Shown here in pieces: positions 1-8,787 of a stretch of DNA of 64,000 nucleotides. Positions within the stretch are counted from its first letter, which is position 1, and each line of letters opens with the position of its first letter. The position numbers and the translations under genes were made by a program. Origin of the DNA: Candidatus Dormiibacterota bacterium (lineage in GTDB: Bacteria; Chloroflexota; Dormibacteria; Aeolococcales; Aeolococcaceae); assembly GCA_963777285.1 (NCBI GenBank), contig CAVZPR010000002.1:564737-628736 (forward strand), written 5' to 3'. The notes under the pieces are model-generated. The model saw only the letters and a program-made list of their open reading frames with translations, was not told the DNA's origin and searched no databases.

Positions 1-313
1 GACAGCGGCTGAACATGCCGCGACCGCAGAACCAGCAGTCGCCGCACGGTATGAGGAACGATCCCACCACACGGTCACCCTCGTGAAAGCGCGTCACGCC
101 CGAGCCCGCCGCCTCGACAACTCCGACGAACTCGTGGCCCAGGATGCCTCCCGGCGTCATGCCCGGGATGCGCCCGTGCAGCACGTGCAGGTCGCTGCCA
201 CATATCGCGCTGGTGGTGATGCGAACCAGCGCGTCGCCGGGATCACGCGGCGACGGTTTCTCGACGTCGGCCATCTCCACGGAGCCGAAGTCCTTGAAGA
301 GGAGCGCGCGCAT
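1..313 (-). CDS. Zn-dependent (medium-chain) alcohol dehydrogenase family protein, N-terminal part; the gene runs off the left edge
   Basis: Not in the ORF track because no stop lies in the window. Reverse translation from ATG (313-311) gives MRALLFKDFGSVEMADVEKPSPRDPGDALVRITTSAICGSDLHVLHGRIPGMTPGGILGHEFVGVVEAAG...PCGDCWFCGRG. This contains the C..GHE catalytic-Zn and CxxCxxC structural-Zn motifs. An ATGA overlap joins it to the stop of the upstream ORF. Confidence 0.85.
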   Translation of the reverse strand, partial: MRALLFKDFGSVEMADVEKPSPRDPGDALVRITTSAICGSDLHVLHGRIPGMTPGGILGHEFVGVVEAAGSGVTRFHEGDRVVGSFLIPCGDCWFCGRGMFSRC

Positions 314-663
314 CAGCCTCCGCCGAGCTCCAGCTGACTCCCCGTAGCGTCGCGAGCCGGCGTGTCCGCGCGCTCGCCGCCCTCCTCGCCGGCATGGCGC
401 TGGATCACGCGGTCGCGCAGCTCGTCCTCCAGATCGCCGCTGCGCTCTGCGTCGCGGCGCAGCCAGAACGGGATGCGCTCCGGCTCGCCGGCCGCGGTCG
501 CTTTCGCCTGAGCCTCGAGGTACGCGCGCAGCGCGCCGTCGACGGCCGTGTCGAGCGGGCCGCCGCCAGCGGTGAGCTGGGCCGCGATGGCGCCGTCGAT
601 CAGGACGCTGTTCGCCGGCGGTGGCGGCGGTTTCGCGCCGAAGAGGCGGCCGAGCCACGACAT
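313..663 (-). CDS. hypothetical protein (~116 aa), translationally coupled to the dehydrogenase
   Basis: Trimmed from ORF 313..747 to MSWLGRLFG (ATG 663-661). GC3 is high throughout. The stop overlaps the ADH start. I recognise no family. Confidence 0.5.
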   Translation of the reverse strand: MSWLGRLFGAKPPPPPANSVLIDGAIAAQLTAGGGPLDTAVDGALRAYLEAQAKATAAGEPERIPFWLRRDAERSGDLEDELRDRVIQRHAGEEGGERADTPARDATGSQLELGGG

Positions 664-785
664 CGCGGCAAGTCTACGCAGCCCGCATGGTCCGCACGGC
701 GGGCCTCCGGGCCGCGCTACCGTTAGCCGCCGTGAGCACCGCCGCACCGCCTCGTGCCGCGAAGCCGCCCAGCACCAAACCGCGC

Positions 786-1355
786 ATGGCGTGGACCGGC
801 GACGTGGAAGCTGACCGGCTGGTGAGCGAGGATCCTGTGGCCCTGCTGATCGGCTTCTGCCTCGACCAGCAGGTGCCGGTGGAGTGGGCGTTCATGGGCC
901 CGTTGCGCATGCGCGAGCGCCTGGGCACCCTCGACCCGCGGCGGATATCGCGCATGGACGAGGCCGCGGTGGAAACGGCCTTCCGCACGCCACCGGCGCT
1001 GCACCGCTATCCGGCGAGCATGGCGCGGCGGGTCCACGCGCTGTGCGGCGTGATCGCCGGCGAGTACGGCGGCGACGCCACCCGCATCTGGCGCGAAGCG
1101 GCGGACGCGAAGCAGCTTCAACGCCGCATCGCCGCGCTGCCGGGATTCGGTGCCTTGAAGGCGCGGATCATGGTCGGTGTGGTCGCCAAACAGCTCGGGG
1201 TGCGACCCCGCGGCTGGCGCGAGGTGATGCCGGACTTCCCCACGCTTGCGGACGTGCACACCGTGAAAGAGCGCGAGGCGTACCAGCAGCAGAAGCGCGC
1301 GTTCAAGGCCGCGCTGCGTGCAGAGGCCGCTGCCACGGCAGCACGTGGCCACTGA
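786..1355 (+). CDS. HhH-GPD-type base-excision DNA repair family protein
   Basis: Trimmed from ORF 621..1355 to MAWTGDVEADRLVSEDPVALLIGFCLDQQVPVEWAF...LPGFGALKARI. This N-terminus and the helix-hairpin-helix segment are typical of the family. Confidence 0.75.
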   Translation: MAWTGDVEADRLVSEDPVALLIGFCLDQQVPVEWAFMGPLRMRERLGTLDPRRISRMDEAAVETAFRTPPALHRYPASMARRVHALCGVIAGEYGGDATRIWREAADAKQLQRRIAALPGFGALKARIMVGVVAKQLGVRPRGWREVMPDFPTLADVHTVKEREAYQQQKRAFKAALRAEAAATAARGH

Positions 1356-1995
1356 CGTCACCGTCGTCGAGGACGGCGACGTCCGGATCGTCAAGGTGGG
1401 CCCGATGGGGCCCTTCGGCAACAACGCGTACATCGTCCGCGACGTGGCGGTGTCGAAGTCGCTTCTCGTCGACATGCCGCTCGACGAAGGTCCGCTGCTG
1501 CAGGCAATCGCGGCCGAGGGCGGCGTGCAAACCGTGATCGCAACGCACTGGCACCCGGACCACTGGGCGACGTACGAGGCGGTCCGCGCCGCGACGTCGG
1601 CGCCGGTGCTGGTGGGCAGCGCGGAGGTGAAGATTCCCGCCGAACGGATCGACGGGCGGCTCGACGACTGCGCAGAGGTGCGCGTCGGCTCGATCCGCGT
1701 CACGGTGCTGCACACGCCCGGGCACACGCCGGGGAGCATCTCGCTGCGCGTGGGCAGATCGCTCATCAGCGGCGACACCCTGTTCGGCGGCGGGCCGGGC
1801 AAGACATTCGCCGCCGGTGACCTGGAGACGCTCCTGGCGAGCATCGAGGCGCGGCTGCTGCCGCTGCCCGAGGACACCAAGGTGCTGCCCGGCCACGGCG
1901 GCAACACGGACATCGCCTCGTGCCGGCGCGGGTATGAGCAGTACCAGCTGCACCCCAAGCCAGCCGGGTTCTACGGCGACGTCACCTGGAGCTGA
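1345..1995 (+). CDS. MBL-fold metallo-hydrolase (glyoxalase II-like)
   Basis: ORF 1318..1995. It carries THWHPDHW (HxHxDH), HTPGHTPG and a late PGHG. The probable GTG start at 1345 overlaps the upstream stop. Confidence 0.85.
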   Translation: MATDVTVVEDGDVRIVKVGPMGPFGNNAYIVRDVAVSKSLLVDMPLDEGPLLQAIAAEGGVQTVIATHWHPDHWATYEAVRAATSAPVLVGSAEVKIPAERIDGRLDDCAEVRVGSIRVTVLHTPGHTPGSISLRVGRSLISGDTLFGGGPGKTFAAGDLETLLASIEARLLPLPEDTKVLPGHGGNTDIASCRRGYEQYQLHPKPAGFYGDVTWS

Positions 1996-4103
1996 GGTTC
2001 AGCAGCAACGTCCTGTGCGATCCGGGCTGGCAGCGGGATCGAACCGCTGATCGTCGTCCCACCACCGTCTCCACCGCGAGCGTCGACCACCCCGCCGAGC
2101 GCGGCGAGCCTGTCGCGCATGTTCTGCATTCCCGAGCCCGACCTGGCTCGTTGTGGGTCGATGCCGACCCCGTCGTCGCTGACCGTGAAGACGATGTGGT
2201 CAGCGTCGTCCCGAACGGTGACGCAGGCCTTGGTCGCGTGCGCGTGCTTGACGATGTTCTGCAGCGCCTCCAGACAGCAGAAGTACACCGCCGCCTCGAC
2301 GTCCTGCGGGTGACGCCGCAGGCCGCCGGCGTCGACGGTGACGGGCACGGCGACGCGGCGCACGTGCGCCTCCAGCGCCGCGGCCAGGCCCGAGTCCGCA
2401 AGGATCGGCGGGTAGATCCCGCGGGCCAGCTCGCGCAGCGTCTCCAGCGCTTCGGTCGCCTGCGATGACAGCTCGTCGAGCATCGCCGCGGTGCGCTCCG
2501 GATCCTTGACCGCGACCGCCTTGGCCACGCCGAGGTTGATCTTCAGCGCCACGAGCAGCTGCTGAGCGCCGTCGTGGAGGTTGCGCTCCAGGCGGCGGCG
2601 CTCGCTGTCCTGCGCAGCGACGAGCCGCTGTCGCGAAGCGGTGAGCTCGTCGAGGCGGTCGGTGAGCTCGGCCGTCAGCCGGGAGTTCTTGAGCACGATG
2701 CCCGCCTCGTGTGCCAGGTCGCGCAGCAGGCGTGACTCCAGCTGCGTCAGGGGCTCGCGCTTGACCAGCGCGAGCGCGCCCAGCAGGTCGGCCTCGAACG
2801 CCACGGGCGCGGTCTCCGCGGCGCCGGGGATCGCCAGCGAGGCGCCGTCGACGGCCACGGGTGCGGCTGCGCCGCCGGAGTCCGGCCACGCCGCGGCGCG
2901 GCGCAGCTCGTTGCCGACGTGCAACCACACTTCGGCGCGGTCAGCGTCGGTGGCCCCGGCGAGCATGCGCGCCATCCGTTGTGGCAGGTCCTCGCCCGCG
3001 TATCGGTCGACGGTCGCACGGCTGAACTCCGCCAGCACCTCGTATGGAGACATCCTGCGCCCGTACACCAGGCGATTGGCCACGCGCTGCAGGCGGCTGC
3101 GCACAGGTTGCAGAGCGATCGCCAGCACCGCGGCAACCACGAACGGGATCGCGCGATCCGTCGGGGTGTTGGGGCTGATGCGCGTGCCGATCGACACCAC
3201 GACGATCACGTACAGGACAGCGATGATCGCCAGCAACGCGCCGTACACGATGGCGCGCCGCAGGAACGTGTCGATGTCGTACAGGTGGTAGCGCAGCACG
3301 GCGACACCTATGGAGACGGGAATGGCCGTCAGCGCAAGGGGAATCAGCACATCGAAGTACGGGTTGAAGACGACCGTGTTGTTGTGATAGACGGCAAAGC
3401 TCACGATCGTGCCTGCGACGCCCACCACGGCGACCAGCAGGACCGCGGCGAGGAACCACCGGATCTGCTGCCGCTGGTCGTACGGGGCGCGCCGGTAGCG
3501 CACGACGACACTCACGACGGTGAGCGGGATGCAGGTGACGTCGATGAACTGCCCCACGAGGTTCAGCGCGCCGGCGCCGATGCTGGTGCCGACAGCGACG
3601 GCGATCACGCTCACCAGCGGGATGCAGAGCAGCGGTCCCCACCCCGGGCGGGGCGGCCGGCCGTCGGGGAAGAGGAAGGGCAGCACCACGACCATGAGCA
3701 GCAGCGGCACCAGCCACTCCCAGCCGCTGAGCCACTCGGCGACGGCAGCGGCGGGCAGCCCTCGGTGCGGCCCATACGCCGCCAGGTCAGCGTAGCTGCC
3801 GACGAACTCCTCAACCGCAACCAGCAGGCCGATGGCGCACGCCACCCAGCCGACGCGATTGCCAGGGCGCCGCCAGACGATCAGCGCGCCGACCACGGCG
3901 AACACCTGCGCATAGACCGGGGTCAGGCGGAAGTACCAACCGTCGGCCACGTTGCGCAGGGCGGCCGGCAGCGCGGACACCGGCGTCGCCGCTCCGAAGC
4001 CGGACGCCGCGCCGAGCACGACGAAGGTCAGCACCGCGGCGGTCCACGCCAGCCACACCTGCAGACGACCGCCCCGGGCGGCGGCCAGCCGATCGGCGAT
4101 CAT
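1971..4103 (-). CDS. membrane sensor histidine kinase, NarL/LuxR-partner (HisKA_3) type
   Basis: 710-aa ORF with a multi-TM N-terminal half. It has the H-box NLHDGAQQ, the N-box EALQNIVKHA and the G-boxes DDGVGI / GSGMQNM. No response regulator is adjacent. Confidence 0.9.
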   Translation of the reverse strand: MIADRLAAARGGRLQVWLAWTAAVLTFVVLGAASGFGAATPVSALPAALRNVADGWYFRLTPVYAQVFAVVGALIVWRRPGNRVGWVACAIGLLVAVEEFVGSYADLAAYGPHRGLPAAAVAEWLSGWEWLVPLLLMVVVLPFLFPDGRPPRPGWGPLLCIPLVSVIAVAVGTSIGAGALNLVGQFIDVTCIPLTVVSVVVRYRRAPYDQRQQIRWFLAAVLLVAVVGVAGTIVSFAVYHNNTVVFNPYFDVLIPLALTAIPVSIGVAVLRYHLYDIDTFLRRAIVYGALLAIIAVLYVIVVVSIGTRISPNTPTDRAIPFVVAAVLAIALQPVRSRLQRVANRLVYGRRMSPYEVLAEFSRATVDRYAGEDLPQRMARMLAGATDADRAEVWLHVGNELRRAAAWPDSGGAAAPVAVDGASLAIPGAAETAPVAFEADLLGALALVKREPLTQLESRLLRDLAHEAGIVLKNSRLTAELTDRLDELTASRQRLVAAQDSERRRLERNLHDGAQQLLVALKINLGVAKAVAVKDPERTAAMLDELSSQATEALETLRELARGIYPPILADSGLAAALEAHVRRVAVPVTVDAGGLRRHPQDVEAAVYFCCLEALQNIVKHAHATKACVTVRDDADHIVFTVSDDGVGIDPQRARSGSGMQNMRDRLAALGGVVDARGGDGGGTTISGSIPLPARIAQDVAAEPQLQVTSP

Positions 4104-4136
4104 CCCGCCTCCATGCTACCGGCCGGGCTGGGGCGT

Positions 4137-4156
4137 CAAGTGTCGCTTGACACTTG
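4137..4156. promoter_or_regulatory. perfect 8-4-8 inverted repeat CAAGTGTC-GCTT-GACACTTG, candidate MerR-family operator
   Basis: Read directly from the sequence. It lies in the divergent gap between the kinase start (4103) and the MerR start (4200), 44 nt upstream of the MerR ATG. Confidence 0.45.
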
Positions 4157-4199
4157 GCACCCCGCGCCGCACCATCGGCGGGTGACCCACCCGTACCGC

Positions 4200-4892
4200 A
4201 TGCGCGACCTGGTTCGCCTCAGCGGTATCAGCGCGCCCACGATCCACTTCTACGCGCTGCAGGGACTGCTGCCCGCGCCACGCAAGACCGCGGGCAACCA
4301 GGCGCGCTACCCGGAGAGCACGCTGTCGCGGCTGCGCTGGATCCGCGCGCTGCAGACGGATTTGCGCCTGCCGCTGCGCGGCATCGGCTCGATCCTGGAG
4401 CGTTGGGGCGAGCTCCCTGTGGAGGAGATCCAGGCGCTGCAGGCGCTGGGCAGCCTGCTCGAGGAACCGGACCCGGCGGCGCCGGGGGAGGCGCTGCGCG
4501 CGGTGCGGGCGCGCCTCGGCGCGGGCGACCTCGAAGCGCTCATCCGCCTGGGGCTGGTGCGCGCGGGTGGCGCCGTCTCCAGCGCCGACCTGCGCCTCCT
4601 CGAGCTCATCGCGGCGATGCGCGCCGCGGGGTTCACCGAGACCGCCGGCTTCAGCATCGAGCAGGTCGCCGTGTACCGCGACGCGGTGGAGCGCCTGGTG
4701 AACGACGAGCTGTCGCGCATCGTCGAACCGGTGCTGCAGCGCCACGACGCCGCGACGCTGCGCGACCTGGTGCGCCGCGGGCTGCCACTGGCCGACCAGC
4801 TGCTGTCGCTGCTGCACCACCGCGCGGTGCAGGGCGAGCTGCAGCGCTATCTGGACGTCGACACACTCGACGAACGCGCCCACGGCGCATGA
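4200..4892 (+). CDS. MerR family transcriptional regulator
   Basis: This is the C-terminal part of the long shadow ORF 2919..4892. MRDLVRLSGISAPTIHFYALQGLLPAPRKTAGNQARYPESTLSRLRWIRAL is a MerR-type HTH. An alternative GTG start is at 4182. Confidence 0.85.
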   Translation: MRDLVRLSGISAPTIHFYALQGLLPAPRKTAGNQARYPESTLSRLRWIRALQTDLRLPLRGIGSILERWGELPVEEIQALQALGSLLEEPDPAAPGEALRAVRARLGAGDLEALIRLGLVRAGGAVSSADLRLLELIAAMRAAGFTETAGFSIEQVAVYRDAVERLVNDELSRIVEPVLQRHDAATLRDLVRRGLPLADQLLSLLHHRAVQGELQRYLDVDTLDERAHGA

Positions 4893-4905
4893 CGGAGGAG
4901 CAGCG

Positions 4906-5982
4906 ATGACGACGCGCGTGTACACCCTGCCCGTGGAGCAGACGCGGTGGCTGGTCGACGGCGGGGCGGAGACCGTGTTCACCTGGGAGTACGACGAGGG
5001 TCGCGACAAGCTGCTCAACCTCTACGAGAAGGGGAAGAACAAGCAGTGGAACAGCCGCGAGCGTATCGACTGGTCGATCCCCGTCGACCATGCGAATCCC
5101 ATCGGCGGTCCCGAGGCCTACGTGCCCATCTACGGTTCCGACATCTGGGAGAGGATGGGGCAGAAGGATCGCGACACGCTGTTCCATCACATGGCGTCGT
5201 GGCAGTTCTCGCAGTTCCTGCACGGTGAGCAGGGCGCGCTCATCTGCGCCTCCAAGATCGTGCAGACGGTCCCCGACATCGACAGCAAGTTCTACGCAGC
5301 CACGCAGGTCGTGGACGAGGCGCGCCACGTGGAGACGTACTCGCGATTCCTGCACGAGAAACTCGAGCTCGCGTATCCCATCAACCAGCACCTCAAGGCG
5401 CTGCTGGGCGACGTCGTCGCCGACTCCCGCTGGGACATGACCTATCTCGGCATGCAGGTGCTCATCGAGGGCCTGGCCCTGGCCGCCTTCGGGCTGATCC
5501 GCGACATCGCGGACAACCCGCTGACGCGCGCCGTCAACGCGTACGTCATGGAGGACGAAGCGCGCCACGTGGCGTTCGGCCGGCTGGCGTTGCGCGACTT
5601 CTATCCGCAGCTCTCGCAAGCCGAGCGTGACGAGCGCGAAGAGTTCTGCGTCGACGCGTGCTACCTCATGCGGGATCGCTTTCTCGCCGAGGAGCTGTGG
5701 GAGAACCTCGGGCTTCCCGTCGACGAGTGCCTGGAGTTCGTGCGCGGCTCGGAGGCGCAGACACAGTTCCGCAGCCTGCTGTTCACCAGAATCGTCCCCA
5801 CCCTCAAGGACGTCGGCCTCTTCGGTCCCAAGGTGCGCCGCGCCTTCGCCGACATGGAGGTGCTCGGCTACACCGAGGTCGACCTGGATGGTGTGATGGC
5901 CTCGGACGAGCGCGCGGCCGTGGAGATCGACGAGGCCCGGCGCCGTCAGGTCGAGGAGACGATCTCCGTCGCCTCGGCCTGA
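4906..5982 (+). CDS. ferritin-like di-iron carboxylate protein (AurF/R2-like oxygenase fold)
   Basis: 358-aa ORF with two E..(D/E)EARH motifs (VVDEARHVE and MEDEARHVAF) plus upstream GEQGA and IEGLA helices. It starts 13 nt after the MerR stop. Confidence 0.7.
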   Translation: MTTRVYTLPVEQTRWLVDGGAETVFTWEYDEGRDKLLNLYEKGKNKQWNSRERIDWSIPVDHANPIGGPEAYVPIYGSDIWERMGQKDRDTLFHHMASWQFSQFLHGEQGALICASKIVQTVPDIDSKFYAATQVVDEARHVETYSRFLHEKLELAYPINQHLKALLGDVVADSRWDMTYLGMQVLIEGLALAAFGLIRDIADNPLTRAVNAYVMEDEARHVAFGRLALRDFYPQLSQAERDEREEFCVDACYLMRDRFLAEELWENLGLPVDECLEFVRGSEAQTQFRSLLFTRIVPTLKDVGLFGPKVRRAFADMEVLGYTEVDLDGVMASDERAAVEIDEARRRQVEETISVASA

Positions 5983-5995
5983 CGCTGCCCGCGGA

Positions 5996-6148
5996 TCAGC
6001 GCAGCCGGGACAGGAGCGCGCGGTAGCGGGCGACCCGCCCGCCGATGCGGGCCCGACGGCGCCGGCGCTCGGCCCGCGCCATCAGGCGCTCCAGCATCTG
6101 CTCCTGCTCGGCCACCTGACCCAGCTCCGTGATCTGTGGCTCGATCAT
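5996..6148 (-). CDS. small arginine-rich protein (50 aa), paralog of the upstream mini-ORF
   Basis: Trimmed from ORF 5996..6208 to MIEPQITELGQVAEQEQMLERLMARAERRRRRARIGGRVARYRALLSRLR. A GAGGTGAG ribosome-binding site lies 5 nt upstream. GC3 is high. Confidence 0.5.
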   Translation of the reverse strand: MIEPQITELGQVAEQEQMLERLMARAERRRRRARIGGRVARYRALLSRLR

Positions 6149-6173
6149 GCTGCTCACCTCACTCGTAGAGGAC

Positions 6174-6314
6174 TCAGCGGCGGCCGAACAGGCGCCGCGC
6201 CCTGGCACCGAGCTCGCTACGCCCGCCGCCGATCTCGGCGCGGCGGCGTGCCTGGCACGCCCGGCGGTCCAGCTCTTCCTTGGTGAGACGGTACATCTCG
6301 ATCGTGTGGATCAT
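6174..6314 (-). CDS. small arginine-rich protein (46 aa), not in the ORF track
   Basis: Manual translation gives MIHTIEMYRLTKEELDRRACQARRRAEIGGGRSELGARARRLFGRR. A strong AAGGAGG ribosome-binding site lies 8 nt upstream of the ATG (6314). GC3 is high. It shares RRRA-x-IGG with the downstream mini-ORF. Confidence 0.55.
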   Translation of the reverse strand: MIHTIEMYRLTKEELDRRACQARRRAEIGGGRSELGARARRLFGRR

Positions 6315-6434
6315 TGCCTTTTACCTCCTTTCATCACTATCTAACGCTTTTTGATGGTTATAGGTTACGACGCGCACCTGTCACCTGTCAAGTGCGTATA
6401 CTGGTGACGAGAAGACGTCAACCATGAGACTGCG

Positions 6435-7004
6435 ATGAGCGGCGCGCACGCTCCTTCACCCGACGCCGTGATGCTGGTGCAGCGGTTCGTCAACACGCTG
6501 GACTACCCCGCCGGTCCGGACCAGCTGGCCGGCCCCGCCGAGACCACCCGCTGGCTCGCCAGCGAGGGCGTGTCCGCTCCGGACGTCAGCGACAGGGACG
6601 TGGGCCGGCTGGTGGGAATCCGGGAGACGCTTCGCGATATGCTCGAGGCACACGCTGGGGAGAACGTCGATCCGGCGGTCTCTGTGAGGCTGCAGCGGCT
6701 CCTGGGCAGCACGCCGCTGCGGGCCAGCTTCTCCGAGCGCGGCGCCACGCTCGCGCCCAGCCCGCACGGCGTCGACGGCTTCCTGGCGAGGCTCGCCGCG
6801 GCGATCCTCGAGGCGACGCTCACCGGGACCTGGGAGCGGCTCAAGGTGTGCCGCAACGACACCTGTCGCTTCGCCTACTACGACCGTTCCAAGAACGGGC
6901 GACGCGCCTGGTGCACGATGCGCGTCTGCGGCAGCCGCGAGAAGGCGCGCACCTACCGCGAGCGAAGGAAGGTGCAGCGCATCGACGCACCCTCGGGCGT
7001 GTAG
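6435..7004 (+). CDS. CGNR zinc-finger (ABATE-domain) protein
   Basis: 189-aa ORF. The N-terminus VQRFVNTLD... is ABATE-like. The C-terminal CRNDTCRFAYYDRSKNGRRAWCTMRVCGSREKARTYRER is a CGNR-type zinc finger. Confidence 0.85.
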   Translation: MSGAHAPSPDAVMLVQRFVNTLDYPAGPDQLAGPAETTRWLASEGVSAPDVSDRDVGRLVGIRETLRDMLEAHAGENVDPAVSVRLQRLLGSTPLRASFSERGATLAPSPHGVDGFLARLAAAILEATLTGTWERLKVCRNDTCRFAYYDRSKNGRRAWCTMRVCGSREKARTYRERRKVQRIDAPSGV

Positions 7005-7041
7005 AAGGAGCTCTGCGCCTTGGGGCGCCGGTTGGCGGTTG

Positions 7042-7662
7042 TCAGGCGACCAGCTCGGCGAACGCGACCTCGAAGCTGTGCGTCTCTGGGTTCGACGCGC
7101 CGAAGGCGTCTGCTGCCGCGGCGCTCGTGGCTGCAAGCGCGTGCGCCGCCGCGTCCAGGTCCTCTTTGGCGTCCCAGACGCCGCAGCCGACGACGTCGCC
7201 GCGCTCGCGCGACACGAGCAGCACAGTCGCGCGGTGACCCGCCTGGCCCTGGAGCGCGGGCAGCAGCGACGTTGCGGCGTACGCCAGACCGGTGTCGATC
7301 TTTCCCGCGTCGCCCTGCAGCGTCGCCACCTCGACCCAGTTGCCTGCGTCCGTGGTGCCGGCGGGGTCCTGCAGCGCGACCTCGTAGTGCTCCGGATCCG
7401 GCGGCGCGACACCCAGCGCGGCCGCAGCCGCGTCGCGCAGGCCGCTGAGCGCATGCTCGCTCGTCTGCAGCGCCTCCGCGTCGCGCCAGAAGGTGAGGAC
7501 CACGACGGCGCCGCTGCCGCGGTCGACGAGCAGATCGCACCCCGCGTATCCAGGCTGCGCGCGCATCGCCTCGACGGCGCGGGTGGTGAAGGCCGCAACG
7601 CCGGCCTCGATCTGCGTCGCGGGTGCAGTGGCTCGCGTGATGCGCGCGTACAAGGCTGCCAC
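7042..7662 (-). CDS. tandem ABM (antibiotic-biosynthesis-monooxygenase-like) domain protein
   Basis: ORF 7042..7701 trimmed to the GTG at 7662, which is 1 nt after the upstream TAA. There are two ferredoxin-like repeats (…VVVLTFWRDAEAL… and …GCGVWDAKEDLDA…). Confidence 0.6.
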   Translation of the reverse strand: MAALYARITRATAPATQIEAGVAAFTTRAVEAMRAQPGYAGCDLLVDRGSGAVVVLTFWRDAEALQTSEHALSGLRDAAAAALGVAPPDPEHYEVALQDPAGTTDAGNWVEVATLQGDAGKIDTGLAYAATSLLPALQGQAGHRATVLLVSRERGDVVGCGVWDAKEDLDAAAHALAATSAAAADAFGASNPETHSFEVAFAELVA

Positions 7663-7663
7663 G

Positions 7664-8170
7664 TTAGCTGAGGAATCGTGCGATGCGCGCTGCCGCGTCA
7701 TCGAGGACGGCGGTCAGCCCGTGGCCGGCGCCCGGATACACCACCAGCTCGTGGTGGCGCAGGTGCCCCGCCTCGGCGCGCAGCAGGTCGATGCGGGCAA
7801 ATGGGTCGCGATCACCGGACAGCAGCAGCACGGGACACGTGATCCGGGTCCAGTGCTCGGTGCGCAGATCCTCGGGGTGGCCGGGACGGTGCAGCGGGTA
7901 GCTGAGCAGCACCAGCGCGGCGACCCCCTGCTCGGCGGCGACGAGGCTGGCCACGCGACCGCCGTACGAGTGACCGCCGACGGCGGCATCCGGGCTGCCC
8001 GCCAGCGCGGCGCGGAACACCTCCATGGCGCGTTCCGCCCGGGACTTGGGCAGCTCGAGCGCGCTCGCGGTGACGCCGCGCTCGGCGAGCGCTGTCACCC
8101 AGGGCCGCATCGACGCGGCGTTGCCCGAGGCGCCGTGTCCCAAAAGGATGGACGCCGGAATCGCAGTCAC
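7664..8170 (-). CDS. alpha/beta hydrolase (dienelactone-hydrolase/KANL3-like)
   Basis: 168-aa ORF with the nucleophile elbow GHSYGG and late D and H residues (SGDRDPF, GAGHG). Confidence 0.8.
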   Translation of the reverse strand: MTAIPASILLGHGASGNAASMRPWVTALAERGVTASALELPKSRAERAMEVFRAALAGSPDAAVGGHSYGGRVASLVAAEQGVAALVLLSYPLHRPGHPEDLRTEHWTRITCPVLLLSGDRDPFARIDLLRAEAGHLRHHELVVYPGAGHGLTAVLDDAAARIARFLS

Positions 8171-8189
8171 CTCCGCTTGTCACGCGCCG

Positions 8190-8261
8190 TAGCCCCAGCC
8201 GGGATCGAACCGGCGTTACCGGCGTGAAAGGCCGGTGTCCTGACCACTAGACGATGGGGCC
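8190..8261 (-). tRNA. tRNA-Glu (anticodon UUC)
   Basis: Manual cloverleaf: GGCCCCA-TC-GTCT-AGTGGTCA-GGAC-A-CCGGC-CTTTCAC-GCCGG-TAAC-GCCGG-TTCGATC-CCGGC-TGGGGCT-A. It has a G1-U72 wobble and no encoded CCA. Confidence 0.9.
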
Positions 8262-8315
8262 GCCGCGGCCACAAGCGTATCTGGAGCGCGCCGAATCCAT
8301 CGGTATACTCGGCGC

Positions 8316-8771
8316 ATGCCGCTTCGCGAGATCGTCGGCAAGACGGTCGGGTTCACGCTCACCGCCGCAGCGCTCGCTGTCGGCGGCGTTCTCGTGCTGG
8401 TGGGCAGCCACGCATACAACGACTATCTCAACGGCATCCTCGGCTGGGGCCTGATCGCGTTGGCGGTGATCACCGCCGGATATGGCACGTTCGCCATCGG
8501 CGGCATCATCTACGACGCGCGGTTGCGCCGTGCCGAAGAGCAGATCGAGGTGACGCCGCGGGGCGCGCCACCCGCCCCGCCACCACCGTGGGGCATGGGC
8601 GACATCGGGCGTCCGGGTGTGGCCCGCGTCGGCGACGCAGCCGTGCAGCGTGGCGGTGGTGCGCCGCGCATGATGAGCGTGACTGTCTCCAACATCGACG
8701 GACCGCTGCTGATCGTCGGGCTTCTCGCCTGGACGATCATCACGCTCATATTCTTCGCCCCGATCCACTGA
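8316..8771 (+). CDS. hypothetical membrane protein
   Basis: 151-aa ORF with three hydrophobic helices, a Pro-rich linker and high GC3. Confidence 0.55.
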   Translation: MPLREIVGKTVGFTLTAAALAVGGVLVLVGSHAYNDYLNGILGWGLIALAVITAGYGTFAIGGIIYDARLRRAEEQIEVTPRGAPPAPPPPWGMGDIGRPGVARVGDAAVQRGGGAPRMMSVTVSNIDGPLLIVGLLAWTIITLIFFAPIH

Positions 8772-8787
8772 GTCGAGCGGTCCGCCG

